From positions 416-50,178 of the forward strand of contig PLYC01000023.1 of the NCBI GenBank assembly GCA_003151625.1: a stretch of DNA of 49,763 nt, in the 5' to 3' direction. Position 1 is the stretch's first letter. Each line of letters starts with the position of its first letter. Shown one piece after another: positions 19,814 to 29,550 of the stretch. The position numbers and the translations under genes are program-made. Source of the DNA: Candidatus Doudnabacteria bacterium (GTDB taxonomy: Bacteria; Patescibacteriota; Doudnabacteria; UBA920). A model generated the notes under the pieces. The model had not been told where the DNA came from. It did no database searches and saw only the letters and a program-made list of their open reading frames with translations.

Positions 19814-21574
19814 TTATTCTGTTGTTACTCTAATTATTTCTTCGATACTGGTGTCGCCGCGAAGGACTTTAACCATTCCGTCCTGTTTTAAGCTTATCAT
19901 CCCGATTTTTTGTGCTTCTTCGTAAATTTTATGCGCGGAGTTTTTTCCCAGAATCAAATCCTGAATTTCAATTGTAGTGGGCAAAACTTCAAATATCCCC
20001 ATACGGCCGCTGTAGCCGGTATGCCCGCATTTTTCACAGCCCTCACCTTTAAAAACTTTTATTTTTTTTCTGTCTAAACCTTCAAAATAATCGTCGGGAA
20101 TTCCAATGAGTTCTTTCTGGATAACCTCTTCCACGGCTTTGGTCAAAACTACTTCTTTGCGGCAATACCCGCAAATTTTTCTGACTAGGCGCTGCGCGCC
20201 GACCACATTTATTGAGGCTACCAGTAAAAATGGTTCCATCCCCATATCTATTAAGCGGGGAATAGCGCCAATGGCGTTGTTGGTATGCAGGGTGGAAAAA
20301 ACCAAATGGCCGGTCAGCGCCGCCTGCACGGCTAATTCCGCCGTTTCTTTATCGCGAATTTCCCCCACCATAACAATGTTAGGGTCTTGGCGCAAAATGC
20401 TTCTCAACCCGGCGGAAAAAGTCAGGCCAATGTCCGGATTAATCTGGCTCTGGTTAACTCCCTCAATAAAATATTCCACCGGATCTTCCAAAGTCACAAT
20501 ATTTACCGAGGTGGTGTTTAGGATAGATAATATGGAATAAAGCGTGGTGGATTTTCCACTGCCTGTCGGTCCGGTAATTAAAAAAATGCCGTGGGTTTTT
20601 TTTAGGTTATCATTAACCCAAGTCAATGCCCTGCCGCGTACGCCCAACTGGTCTAAAGTCGGAGCCTTGGTGCTTTTGTCCAAAATACGCATGACAATTT
20701 TTTCACCGTAAATAAGAGGCAAAATTGAAACACGCAAATCCACGGATTTTTTTCCGACTTCCATGTGGAACCGTCCGTCTTGGGGTAAACGGGATTCGTC
20801 TATTTTTAAATTGGACAAAATTTTAATTCTGGTGACTATGGAGGGCTGGACACTCTTCGGCAACATCAACGAGGTATGCAAAATACCGTCTATTCTGTAG
20901 CGAACCCGCACGTCCTTTTCCGATGGTTCAATGTGGATGTCCGAAGCATTGGCTTCAATGGCATTGGTTAAAATTACTTCTACAATCTTAATTATTGGCG
21001 CTTCCTCAATAACCGCGGGTTTTTGCTCCTTTTTGGTTTCTGCAGGTTTCAGTGATGCCGTTTCCTTGGTTTGGATGTCCTTTAAGGCCTCGCCTACAAC
21101 TTTCTTTAAATTCTGTTTTTTTCCAATAACCACCCCGACAGAAGTCTCCGAAGCCAAATATAGCTGCACCTGCAGATTTTGTTTTTGACCTAAAAATTCC
21201 AGAGCTTCCAAAGCCGACAGGTTGGTTGGGTTGGTAATAGCTACTTTTAAATTTCTGCCGGTAAGTTCAAACGGTACAAAATTGTAAAAATTAACAGACT
21301 CGCTTGGGATTAAAGCCAAGACCTGGGGCGGAACCGAAAATTGTCGTAAATCTGTATAAGGCAAATTAAAAAAAGCCGCTTTGGCCTTGGCTAAATCTTC
21401 CTCATCCAAAGCTTTTTGGCTGATTAACAGCTGCCCAAAATCCTGTCCGGTTTTTTGCTGTAATACCTGGATTTGCGCGGCAATTTGGGATTTGATAAAT
21501 CCGTTGTCTACCAAAAATTTTTCGAAACCCAAGGATGCGGCAGGCGTGGGACTGGTTTTTATTGGCGTATCCAT
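19814..21574 (-). CDS. pilB: type IV pilus assembly ATPase (GspE/PilB)
   Basis: ASDIHIEP, RYRIDG, RLPQDGR, GPTGSGKSTT, LEDPVE, LRQDP, GEIRD, CxxC...CxxC. Confidence 0.96.
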   Translation of the reverse strand: MDTPIKTSPTPAASLGFEKFLVDNGFIKSQIAAQIQVLQQKTGQDFGQLLISQKALDEEDLAKAKAAFFNLPYTDLRQFSVPPQVLALIPSESVNFYNFVPFELTGRNLKVAITNPTNLSALEALEFLGQKQNLQVQLYLASETSVGVVIGKKQNLKKVVGEALKDIQTKETASLKPAETKKEQKPAVIEEAPIIKIVEVILTNAIEANASDIHIEPSEKDVRVRYRIDGILHTSLMLPKSVQPSIVTRIKILSNLKIDESRLPQDGRFHMEVGKKSVDLRVSILPLIYGEKIVMRILDKSTKAPTLDQLGVRGRALTWVNDNLKKTHGIFLITGPTGSGKSTTLYSILSILNTTSVNIVTLEDPVEYFIEGVNQSQINPDIGLTFSAGLRSILRQDPNIVMVGEIRDKETAELAVQAALTGHLVFSTLHTNNAIGAIPRLIDMGMEPFLLVASINVVGAQRLVRKICGYCRKEVVLTKAVEEVIQKELIGIPDDYFEGLDRKKIKVFKGEGCEKCGHTGYSGRMGIFEVLPTTIEIQDLILGKNSAHKIYEEAQKIGMISLKQDGMVKVLRGDTSIEEIIRVTTE

Positions 21575-21601
21575 ATTGTTATCTCACTTTTAAGACAGCT
21601 G

Positions 21602-21907
21602 CTACTTCGTGGGCTGGGCCACTACCGGAGTGGGGACAATTAGCGCGTCTGGGGAAATACCGACGTCATTTTGAGGAACGAGCTGCGGATAAACAATTTG
21701 ATTATACTGAAAACGATTTGAATCCAATGCTTTACTAAAATCTAAAGTATCGCCGTAGGGCAAAATATTTTTTACGGAAGCGGCCTGGGATGAAGCTGCC
21801 GGAATCGGCGCCGAACTATTGCTAAACAGACCGTTATACAAAACCAAACCCGCGGCTCCAAAAGCCACGACAATAATTACCAGTTGAATTATTGTTTTCT
21901 TGTTCAT
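21602..21907 (-). CDS. small membrane-anchored pilus-cluster protein (PilP position)
   Basis: N-terminal TM segment; lies between pilO and pilB. Confidence 0.7.
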   Translation of the reverse strand: MNKKTIIQLVIIVVAFGAAGLVLYNGLFSNSSAPIPAASSQAASVKNILPYGDTLDFSKALDSNRFQYNQIVYPQLVPQNDVGISPDALIVPTPVVAQPTK

Positions 21908-21950
21908 CTTGTCAAAATTTAAATAATAAATTCGTTAAAATAAAAACCAA

Positions 21951-22571
21951 TTAAGGAGCCAGATAATATGTCTTAAAAGTGACCGTCATATTTAAATTAC
22001 CCGCGGATCCCTGAGTAATTGCCAGGGAATCTACATCTATAAGCCTCCCGCTGCTTTCAAATTTTTCCAGCAACGCCTGTAGCTGGTTAAAGCTCCCAAT
22101 AAGATAAATAGACCCATCCAAAGTTTGAACCGTGCGTGTGACACCAAAAGGGTTGGCCAAAAGCGCCTTATCGCCAGCCGCCACCCCGTCTGGATTGCCT
22201 GAAATATTTATGTTGCCCACGGTTGCACCTACGGATTGCGCAAGACTTTGAATTAGAAGTTGTAATCTAACCGTATTTCCGTCCAAAGGCAGAGCCTGGT
22301 CTAACATGGTTATATTCTGACTATTTGAAGACAGGCTCTTAATTAAACTTTGCAATTGAGTTAGCTGGCCTTTTGTTTGGCTTTGTTGTGCTTGAACTTT
22401 GGCTAAATCGCCGTTTTTCTGGTCAATTTCCGCCTGTTTAGGCAAAAGGAGAAACCAAACAAATAACACACAAATAATTATTAAAAGGCCGGCCTCAAAC
22501 AAAGGGTTGCGGGCGGATTTGGCCTGAGACTGAAGGCTCATGCTGATATTTTTTGTAAAATTAACCGGCAT
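21951..22571 (-). CDS. pilO: type IV pilus PilO-like protein
   Basis: TM, coiled coil, LDQALP, GSFNQL...ESSGRLIDV; start at 22571 or 22541. Confidence 0.8.
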   Translation of the reverse strand: MPVNFTKNISMSLQSQAKSARNPLFEAGLLIIICVLFVWFLLLPKQAEIDQKNGDLAKVQAQQSQTKGQLTQLQSLIKSLSSNSQNITMLDQALPLDGNTVRLQLLIQSLAQSVGATVGNINISGNPDGVAAGDKALLANPFGVTRTVQTLDGSIYLIGSFNQLQALLEKFESSGRLIDVDSLAITQGSAGNLNMTVTFKTYYLAP

Positions 22572-23145
22572 TGTTGCTTTGTGGTTGATATTGAATGATT
22601 TTTGGATCAAATTGCATTTGGACTTCAAACTTGACGCTGGTAGAATTTTTATCCTGCACTTTGCTGAAACCCCCTATGCGCACATCACTAAAATTTTGGT
22701 CAAATCCGGGCAGGTTAAAAATTTGCATATATTTATCCAGGTCTTCCAAAGTCGGAACTGTAACGTTTAAGACTAACCCATTATCTTTACCCACAGTTAG
22801 GCTGCTATAATTGGCATTTTTTAAAGTCGCATCCGCCAATGGTTTGAATAATTGTGACCAATAGGTATGCGGACCAATTAAACCGCTAAGTGTCTGCAAC
22901 TGCTGTTGCCTGGTTAAAAGTTCATCCCTGCCTTTGGCATCCAACGCGGATTGGTTATCGGTGTTAATTTGGGCTTCCGCCGCAACCGTTTTATTGTCAA
23001 TGCTCTTGGATTCAATAAATAACCAGCCATAATAAGCCACCAATAATACCAGCACAGTCAAAAGACCCCTAATTAAAAATTTAGAGCTGTTTTTCTTTAA
23101 ATTACTCCCGCCTGAACTTTGTTTTAATAAATTTATTTCTGCCAC
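22561..23145 (-). CDS. pilN: type IV pilus PilN-like protein
   Basis: GTG start, EINLL motif, TM segment, HTYWS; follows pilM. Confidence 0.8.
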   Translation of the reverse strand: MAEINLLKQSSGGSNLKKNSSKFLIRGLLTVLVLLVAYYGWLFIESKSIDNKTVAAEAQINTDNQSALDAKGRDELLTRQQQLQTLSGLIGPHTYWSQLFKPLADATLKNANYSSLTVGKDNGLVLNVTVPTLEDLDKYMQIFNLPGFDQNFSDVRIGGFSKVQDKNSTSVKFEVQMQFDPKIIQYQPQSNNAG

Positions 23146-23244
23146 TTTTTTTAAATTCCCTATTTAAATTTATAAATTTCAAATGAATGTCAATTGTCAC
23201 AATTTTGAAATTTAAAAATTTGGATTTTATTTGATATTTATAAT

Positions 23245-24261
23245 TTATGTTTGATTTCTTAATGCCAAACCAATTGCAATGGGTAAGCTTAGAGAGTAAC
23301 GCTTTAATACCGGCTCTAAGCTTTGGGCGTAGCCTACCGCCCCTAAAGGGTTACCCAGTTCCACCTTTATTTTTAAATCTTCAAAAAAACCTTCAATACC
23401 TGGCAAATTACTTCCCCCGCCTACCAGTAAAATTTTTTCCACTTGGACATTTTGAGACTGGTAAAGGGTTAACAACTGTTTTACTTCATTCTTAATCAGA
23501 TTTAATACCGGCTTTATTGTCTCCGGGATAAAAGTGGAATTACTGATGCCGAAATCCTTTTTAAACTGCTCGGCTCGGAATATGCTAATGTTCAGGGCTT
23601 GGGCAATTTTGTCGGTAATGGTATCCCCGCCGATGTTAAGGTTCCTACTTAGCCTTAAAAACCCATTCTCTATAATATTCAATCCGGTACTTCTTGCGCC
23701 TATATCTATTATAACACAATTCATAGGCACACTTCCAATTAAAGAGCGGATAAGTGCCAAAGCTTCGATTTCGCCGACTTCCGGTTCCAATCCGGCCAAA
23801 CCAAACATTCTCATGTAATTCTGGGTTATTTGTTTGGGTACGGCTGTAAGTAATATTTGCTGTAAATCTTTGGGTCCCGCGGTATCTCCCGTAACAGTCC
23901 AGGATAGATCTATTTCAGAAAGTGCCAGAGGTACGTACTTTTTTGCCTCAAACTCCACGGCCGTGCTCAATTCGCTCTCTTCCATTTTGGGCAACTGAAT
24001 TACCGAGGTAAATACGGCGCTGTTTGGAAAACTGATTACACACCGCTTGGCTGTAACACCGGCTTTTTGGATTAAGGCCTTTAAGGTATTTGCCATTTGC
24101 TCAATGGCTACCATATCGTTTCCGCCTCCCAGCTGATAACTAATATTAACTATGCCATAAGTATCTAAAATTGTCTTATCCCCATGGGAAACCTGGGCAA
24201 TTTTAATATTCGCGGTGCCGATATCCACTCCCAAAATAGATTTTTTTTTGGAAAACAACAT
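23245..24261 (-). CDS. pilM: type IV pilus assembly protein PilM
   Basis: GVDIGTANIK, EAKKYVP, IDIGARST, LVGGGSNLPG, AIGLALR. Confidence 0.95.
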   Translation of the reverse strand: MLFSKKKSILGVDIGTANIKIAQVSHGDKTILDTYGIVNISYQLGGGNDMVAIEQMANTLKALIQKAGVTAKRCVISFPNSAVFTSVIQLPKMEESELSTAVEFEAKKYVPLALSEIDLSWTVTGDTAGPKDLQQILLTAVPKQITQNYMRMFGLAGLEPEVGEIEALALIRSLIGSVPMNCVIIDIGARSTGLNIIENGFLRLSRNLNIGGDTITDKIAQALNISIFRAEQFKKDFGISNSTFIPETIKPVLNLIKNEVKQLLTLYQSQNVQVEKILLVGGGSNLPGIEGFFEDLKIKVELGNPLGAVGYAQSLEPVLKRYSLSLPIAIGLALRNQT

Positions 24262-24366
24262 TTATTTAACTGCTATTTTGGTTTCTAAGTTGAAATACGG
24301 TCCGATTCGGACTTTTAACTTAATTATAATAATACATTTTACTCCAGTTGTCAAAATCTAAAAAAT

Positions 24367-24395
24367 TTGATAAGATTACCGAAGTTTCCTAAAAT
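24367..24395 (+). promoter_or_regulatory. promoter for the tRNA-Ile/ORF/tRNA-Ala unit
   Basis: TTGATA-17-TAAAAT, divergent from a pilM promoter (TTGACA on the minus strand near 24350). Confidence 0.6.
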
Positions 24396-24498
24396 TATCA
24401 TATTTCGCAACGTGAGTTTATCCTCCAAAGAAAGAAAGTGGATACCAGCCACGATAGGGCTTCCCCTTCGTAGCTATCGCGAAGCGAAAGCGAAGCAG

Positions 24499-24573
24499 GG
24501 GTGTGTAGCTCAGTGGTAGAGCACGTCACTGATAATGACGGGGTCGCAGGTTCGATCCCTGCCACACCCACCA
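24499..24573 (+). tRNA. tRNA-Ile(GAT)
   Basis: GGGTGTG/CACACCC acceptor stem, CGTCA-CTGATAA-TGACG anticodon arm, GTTCGATC T-loop, encoded CCA. Confidence 0.97.
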
Positions 24574-24715
24574 TGTACCATTCGCTCCGCTCAGGTACAT
24601 GGCGCGGCCACGCGCCATATTCATAAGCAGAGCGAATGGTACATGCCCTGCACCGGAGGCCTTCAGGCCGACTGGTACAGGGCCAGTCAACAACACTAAA
24701 ATAAACAACCCCCTT

Positions 24716-24985
24716 ATGCGCTTTTTTTTCTCCCCTCTCATTTTTATTGCCGGTATTTTGTTTATGAAATATTCGGTAACTATTACCGACCAAATTTCCG
24801 GCAAAATAGATTTAGCGGAAAAATATTTGGGCACCGGCGTTGGCGCCGGCACTTATACCTGGTGGAAGCTTTTTGGCCTCATACTATGTATTTTGAGCGT
24901 GCTTTGGCTGTTCAATAAACTTCCGGGCGCCAACAACGCGCCAAACATTACCCCAACCTCGATGATAATCCGAATGATGACATAA
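24716..24985 (+). CDS. small two-TM membrane protein between the tRNAs
   Basis: MRFFFSPLIFIAGILF...GKIDLAEKYLGTG...WKLFGLIL; start placed at the ATG at 24716. Confidence 0.7.
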   Translation: MRFFFSPLIFIAGILFMKYSVTITDQISGKIDLAEKYLGTGVGAGTYTWWKLFGLILCILSVLWLFNKLPGANNAPNITPTSMIIRMMT

Positions 24986-25058
24986 TCCTCCCGAGGCCAT
25001 CCTCGGGATTTTTATAGCCGGTGTTAATTGTCAATTGTTAAAAATTAATAGTTCCCCT

Positions 25059-25134
25059 GGGCCGTTAGCTCACTTGGTAGAGCGCCACATTTGCAATGTG
25101 GAGGCAACCGGTTCGAATCCGGTACGGTCCACCA
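25059..25134 (+). tRNA. tRNA-Ala(TGC)
   Basis: GGGCCGT/ACGGTCC acceptor stem with G3:U70, CCACA-TTTGCAA-TGTGG, GTTCGAAT, CCA. Confidence 0.97.
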
Positions 25135-25168
25135 AAATAAAAACAGCCGATCGGCTGTTTTTATTTTG
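25135..25168 (+). terminator. terminator after tRNA-Ala
   Basis: AAATAAAAACAGCCGATCGGCTGTTTTTATTTT. Confidence 0.7.
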
Positions 25169-25226
25169 TCCTGAGCGAGTCCCGCGAAGCGTGGCACGTC
25201 GAAAGGTAAAGCATTCAAATTATAAC

Positions 25227-25439
25227 TTAAGCTAACACCTTGAGCTTACTAGTCTGCGGCATCTTCCAGGGTTTGGAGGCATCTAAAACTTCTATACCAA
25301 CAATTGTCCCTTTTTTGTTAACATCAAATAACACTCGGCTATTGAGTTTAATAGTCTTATGGACTTTTCCTTTAGAAGCATAAATATACAATGCGTCTAC
25401 GGAATCGTCATATTCAACTTTTTGTAATGGTGATTTCAT
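25227..25439 (-). CDS. DUF2283-family protein
   Basis: KVEYDDSVDALYI...DVNKKGTIVGIEVLDASK. Confidence 0.85.
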   Translation of the reverse strand: MKSPLQKVEYDDSVDALYIYASKGKVHKTIKLNSRVLFDVNKKGTIVGIEVLDASKPWKMPQTSKLKVLA

Positions 25440-25651
25440 AAATAATATAAAGTAATGACAATAATTTTACTGCTCTCTATCACATAAATAACTTCTAGTG
25501 TCCGAATCCCAAACTTCTTCTGTACGATTACTCGGTTTCTGTCGGTCAGTGTTTGTTTATTTGGACTCTTGATGGTAAGAGTTACGGCAACTTTTGAAAT
25601 TTTACGCTCACGTAGCCTCTTTTGAGCATGTGGGCTATAAATAACTTCCAT
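25436..25651 (-). CDS. DUF4258-family protein (putative toxin)
   Basis: IYSPHAQKRLRERKIS...TLEVIY...IIVIT; 4-nt overlap with the DUF2283 gene. Confidence 0.8.
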   Translation of the reverse strand: MEVIYSPHAQKRLRERKISKVAVTLTIKSPNKQTLTDRNRVIVQKKFGIRTLEVIYVIESSKIIVITLYYL

Positions 25652-25869
25652 ATTTGCATTATATCATAAAGCCCTCACTAAATATAATGAGCGTGAACTT
25701 TTTTCTGCCTTTGTTTTAATTCCCTTATTAAATCGGATAGAGGCCACAATTATACCAAATTAAGCAGGGTTATTGAAGATTACGCTTTAGATACGACAGT
25801 GACGCTTTTATTGTGCCTTGTGAAATTGTTTAACTAAAAAGGTGTATAATGCTTTTAAGAAATAAGCTT

Positions 25870-26919
25870 ATGTTAAAAAGAGAAGCTGCCAGAGAATATA
25901 ACAAACTAACCCCTGACGCGGGAGATTTTTCAAATGCTAAAAATGAGAGTATTGAAACTGCTTCCACGAAAGTTAATACTGATAAAGCCGTACCTGAAGC
26001 ACAGCAAAGAAATGGGGAGAGCGTTGTAGAAAAAACAGAAGGTTCTGAAAATGAACATCAATATACCCAAGAGGGTATACGGGAAGAAATTCATCATAAA
26101 GCAGAAAAAATTCGGGGATGGACAAAAGAGATGGGGTATAAAGAAGGTGAAGATTTTTTAATCATTGAAGACATCAGGCAAGCTGCACAAGAAGGCGAAC
26201 AAATCGCTCCACACGAATTAAAACAATTTTTTGTTATTATTTTGGAGGACCGCTATCCGCAATTTCGTGAATATCTATCAGGCAGATATGCCCAAGAACG
26301 CGCGGCCGAAAACCCCAAAGGGAAAGTTAAATTTGACTATAGTTGGGGCGGGCGTTTTCTTGTTGGTGGGGATGGCGTGCCTTTTGATACTGTCGCGGCC
26401 AAAGATATTAAAAATTTAACCGTTGACACTCACCATAATGAATTCAAAAAATTCTTTAAAATTAAAGCAGGTTTTGAATTCCCTTCCCAGGAAGTACTTA
26501 ATCCAATATTACGGGAAATGGCTGATACAGGGCTAGATTATTATGAACAAGCTTTGGCCAAATTAAAGGCCTTACGGGATAATAAACAGCTACCCCGAGA
26601 CGGCTACGGATTGATTGACACCTTGGAGCACGCTACAATTATTCTTAAAAATGCAAAGTCAGGTGAAGCGGTTATTGAATTACCAGATACTATTGGCAAA
26701 GAAGGTATGCCCCCTAAAATGAGGCATTATGCAGATTTAACTTATAATGCCGAAGACATTAAAAATTTTGACAGAGTGTATGAAATCACAGGGGTGAAAA
26801 TACCGGATGAATCCAGAATGGATAAAATTTTTGACCAATTTGGTTTTGACAGAAATAAAATGGAAGAAATTTGTAAAAACTTCTCCGATTATATAATGGC
26901 AAAAAAGACATTAAAATAA
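25870..26919 (+). CDS. hypothetical charged protein
   Basis: About 350 open codons; TATAAT 19 nt upstream of the ATG at 25870; no motif recognised. Confidence 0.75.
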   Translation: MLKREAAREYNKLTPDAGDFSNAKNESIETASTKVNTDKAVPEAQQRNGESVVEKTEGSENEHQYTQEGIREEIHHKAEKIRGWTKEMGYKEGEDFLIIEDIRQAAQEGEQIAPHELKQFFVIILEDRYPQFREYLSGRYAQERAAENPKGKVKFDYSWGGRFLVGGDGVPFDTVAAKDIKNLTVDTHHNEFKKFFKIKAGFEFPSQEVLNPILREMADTGLDYYEQALAKLKALRDNKQLPRDGYGLIDTLEHATIILKNAKSGEAVIELPDTIGKEGMPPKMRHYADLTYNAEDIKNFDRVYEITGVKIPDESRMDKIFDQFGFDRNKMEEICKNFSDYIMAKKTLK

Positions 26920-26950
26920 ATCTATTAAAATTATAATTGAATTATAAAAA

Positions 26951-27623
26951 ATGTTTAATCCATTAGAAAGAGGCAGCGAGTGGCTGCAAAACAGGCAACA
27001 CAGCAACAAATTAAGAGAGAAGGAAGTTAGGGAAAAATATCTGACTGAATTATCGAAAATTGTTTTTCTCCCTCAAGTTGTAAAACTTATATATGGCAAA
27101 GAAGAGCAAGAACGGCTTAACTCATTATTAGCAAATGCATCAGCAAAAGATATAAAATTGGTTGCTGCCGCACAAAAATTCCAAGAGTCAAGGTTCACTG
27201 ACCCTAATATTTCAGTTCTCGGAGAAGCAAAAAATAAAAAACAAAGATATAATCTTCTTGAGGAAGCTCCTGATAATGACCCATATTTAGAAATGGCAGT
27301 TCGAAGACAACAAGAAGTTTGGGTAATAAAAATAGTCAAACCGCAACATACCAAGAATCAAAAAGGAAGAATAGAGCTAAAGGCCAAGGAAAAATCCAAG
27401 AAATTAGACAGCAACTTGGTATTGCTAACCAACCAGAAAAAGAAGAAAAACCGGAAGACCCGTTTGCAGTAGATGAAAAACATATTATGCAGAACAAACA
27501 GCGACCCATCACTTAAGAGAACTTACTGCGGACGGAGCAGATGGGCAAATTGCAAAAGAAATGGATCAAATGGGTAAAAAGTTGGGTATGAGGCCAATTG
27601 CAAAGAAAAATCCAGTTGAATAA
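26951..27623 (+). pseudogene. hypothetical protein, apparently frameshifted
   Basis: Coding-like sequence continues across frames at A5 runs (near 27392 and 27478) to a TAA at 27623. Confidence 0.45.
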
Positions 27624-27797
27624 TATCCTAAAATTAAGCGTATGTTTTGGCTATTTCCGTCCGAACATTGTTCCATAAGCTCCACCAAATAAAAAATATC
27701 CCGTGCATAGGATATTTTTTATTTGTCCCGAGCGAGAAGTCAGACGACGAGTCGAGAAGCAAAAAACCTTCTGTTAAGCCCACCTGATTGAACCGTT

Positions 27798-27826
27798 TTG
27801 ATTATCTCCTAAATTTTCTATATAAT
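27798..27826 (+). promoter_or_regulatory. guaA promoter (leaderless spacing)
   Basis: TTGATT-17-TATAAT, 7 nt before the ATG. Confidence 0.65.
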
Positions 27827-27833
27827 GTAACAA

Positions 27834-29462
27834 ATGCTCCAAACTTTCAAAAAAGCTATGGCTGATGCCTTGGCGGAAATTCGCGAGGAAAAAAAGATTC
27901 GCTCCACGACCGAGCTTTTTTTGTTGTTTAGTATGGGCAGCCAGTTTGACCATTTAATTAAGCAAAAGCTGGACGCTTTGGGGGTTTTTTGTTTGGTGGC
28001 AGATCCTGCTTCCGTGACGGCTGATGATGTTCTGATGATAAAACCAACAGGCATAATTCTTTCCGGCGGACCGGCTTCTGCTTACGAAAACCCGCCCTTT
28101 GACGGCAAAATTTTTGATTTAGGCGTTCCGCTTTTAGGCATTTGCCTGGGCTACCAAATGTGGGCGCATCATATTGGAGTGCCGGTCACGTCATCGGATA
28201 AGCGCGAATTTGGCACTCATACATTTACCATTACAAAACCATCGGCCTTATTAAAAAATCTTCCGAAAAAATCCAAGGTCCTGGAAAGCCACGGAGATAA
28301 AATTTACGTGGATGATAAATTAAATATTTTTGGTACCACAGATAACGCTCCGGCCGCGGCCGGCAACCATAAGCACTTATGGGGCGTGCAATTTCACCCC
28401 GAAGTCACCGAAACCGAATATGGGGAAAAAATTTACGAAAATTTCTGTTTTGGGATTTGCGGCGCCAAAGACAAATTTCCGGCTTCCAAAGTAGCAGATA
28501 AGAAGATTAAAGATTTAAGATTAAAGATTAAAGATAAAAAAGTATTATTGGCTCTTTCAGGTGGCACGGATTCTTCCATTGTCGCCTACCTATTAAAACG
28601 TTCCCTTGAAGATTCCCATCAAGAATTCCCGCATGGGAATCTTCAAGGGAATCAAATCCTGGGAGTCTACATAAAAGGCATTGACCGGCCTGATGATGAG
28701 TCTAATGTAATTAAATATTTCGGGGATGAAAGTTGGATAAAAGTTAAAATCGTGGACGCGACGGACAAATTCCTGACCGCTCTAGCGGGTAAAATTTCTA
28801 TGAAAGACAAACGCCTGGCTATGCGCGGCGTATATAAAGAAATTTTGGAAAGCGAGGCCAAAACTTTTGGCGCAGATTTTATTGCCCAGGGCACGCTCTA
28901 CACAGATGTTTCCGAAACCGGCGGCGGCTACGACTCGGGTTCCAAAAAAGCCCAAATAAAAATTCACCACAATGTGGGTTTAAAATTCAGCCTGCCGGAA
29001 ATTCAACCCCTTATAGACTGTGTTAAAGACACCGGACGCAACATCGGACGCTCCATTGGAGTTCCCGATGAATTGTTAATCCGCCATCCCTTCCCGGGTC
29101 CGGGGCTGGTCGTGCGGATAGAAGGCGAGGTAAATAAAGAAAAACTGATAATCGCGAGAAAAATTGACGGAATTTATATAAAAGAGCTAAAAAAGTGGGG
29201 CTTTTACCAAACCGTCTGGCAGGCCGGCGCTGTGGTAACATCGTCAACAACAACCTGCACCAAAGGCGATGACGCGAGTGATGGGCACGTAATCGCGTTA
29301 TGGGCCGTCTGGAGCGTCAACGGCTTCACCGCCCGCGCGGCGGAACTGCCCTATGATTTTCTTAAACACGTTTCCCAGCGTATGACCAACGAAATCCGCG
29401 AAGTTGGCGCCGTTGTTTATCGCATATCTGATAAACCGCCGGTCACTATTGAATGGGGATAA
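27834..29462 (+). CDS. guaA: GMP synthase (glutamine-hydrolysing)
   Basis: GSQF, ILSGGPAS, LGICLG, SHGD, GVQFHPEV, LSGGTDS, QGTLYTD, RHPFPGPGL, KPPVTIEW. Confidence 0.96.
   Translation: MLQTFKKAMADALAEIREEKKIRSTTELFLLFSMGSQFDHLIKQKLDALGVFCLVADPASVTADDVLMIKPTGIILSGGPASAYENPPFDGKIFDLGVPLLGICLGYQMWAHHIGVPVTSSDKREFGTHTFTITKPSALLKNLPKKSKVLESHGDKIYVDDKLNIFGTTDNAPAAAGNHKHLWGVQFHPEVTETEYGEKIYENFCFGICGAKDKFPASKVADKKIKDLRLKIKDKKVLLALSGGTDSSIVAYLLKRSLEDSHQEFPHGNLQGNQILGVYIKGIDRPDDESNVIKYFGDESWIKVKIVDATDKFLTALAGKISMKDKRLAMRGVYKEILESEAKTFGADFIAQGTLYTDVSETGGGYDSGSKKAQIKIHHNVGLKFSLPEIQPLIDCVKDTGRNIGRSIGVPDELLIRHPFPGPGLVVRIEGEVNKEKLIIARKIDGIYIKELKKWGFYQTVWQAGAVVTSSTTTCTKGDDASDGHVIALWAVWSVNGFTARAAELPYDFLKHVSQRMTNEIREVGAVVYRISDKPPVTIEWG
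28504..28533 (+). repeat. 30-bp tract identical to ligA 6886-6915 (minus)
   Basis: AGATTAAAGATTTAAGATTAAAGATTAAAG. Confidence 0.9.
28601..28651. repeat. 51-bp hairpin in frame within guaA
   Basis: TTCCCTTGAAGATTCCCAT-13 nt-ATGGGAATCTTCAAGGGAA, perfect 19-bp arms. Confidence 0.9.
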
Positions 29463-29550
29463 ACCTCTACTAAATACTAAAGTTACTAAAAATACTAAAT
29501 CCCATTTAACAGGATTTAGTATTTTTGGATTGTTTAATATTTAGTAAAAG

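Noticed and set aside
24398-25235. ORFs 24398-24793, 24526-24852 and 25035-25235
   Set aside because: They overlap tRNA genes (VAGIEPAT-type shadow translations).
25135-27760. Prophage or intact integrative element at tRNA-Ala
   Set aside because: No integrase, transposase or phage gene; kept only as a degenerate islet.
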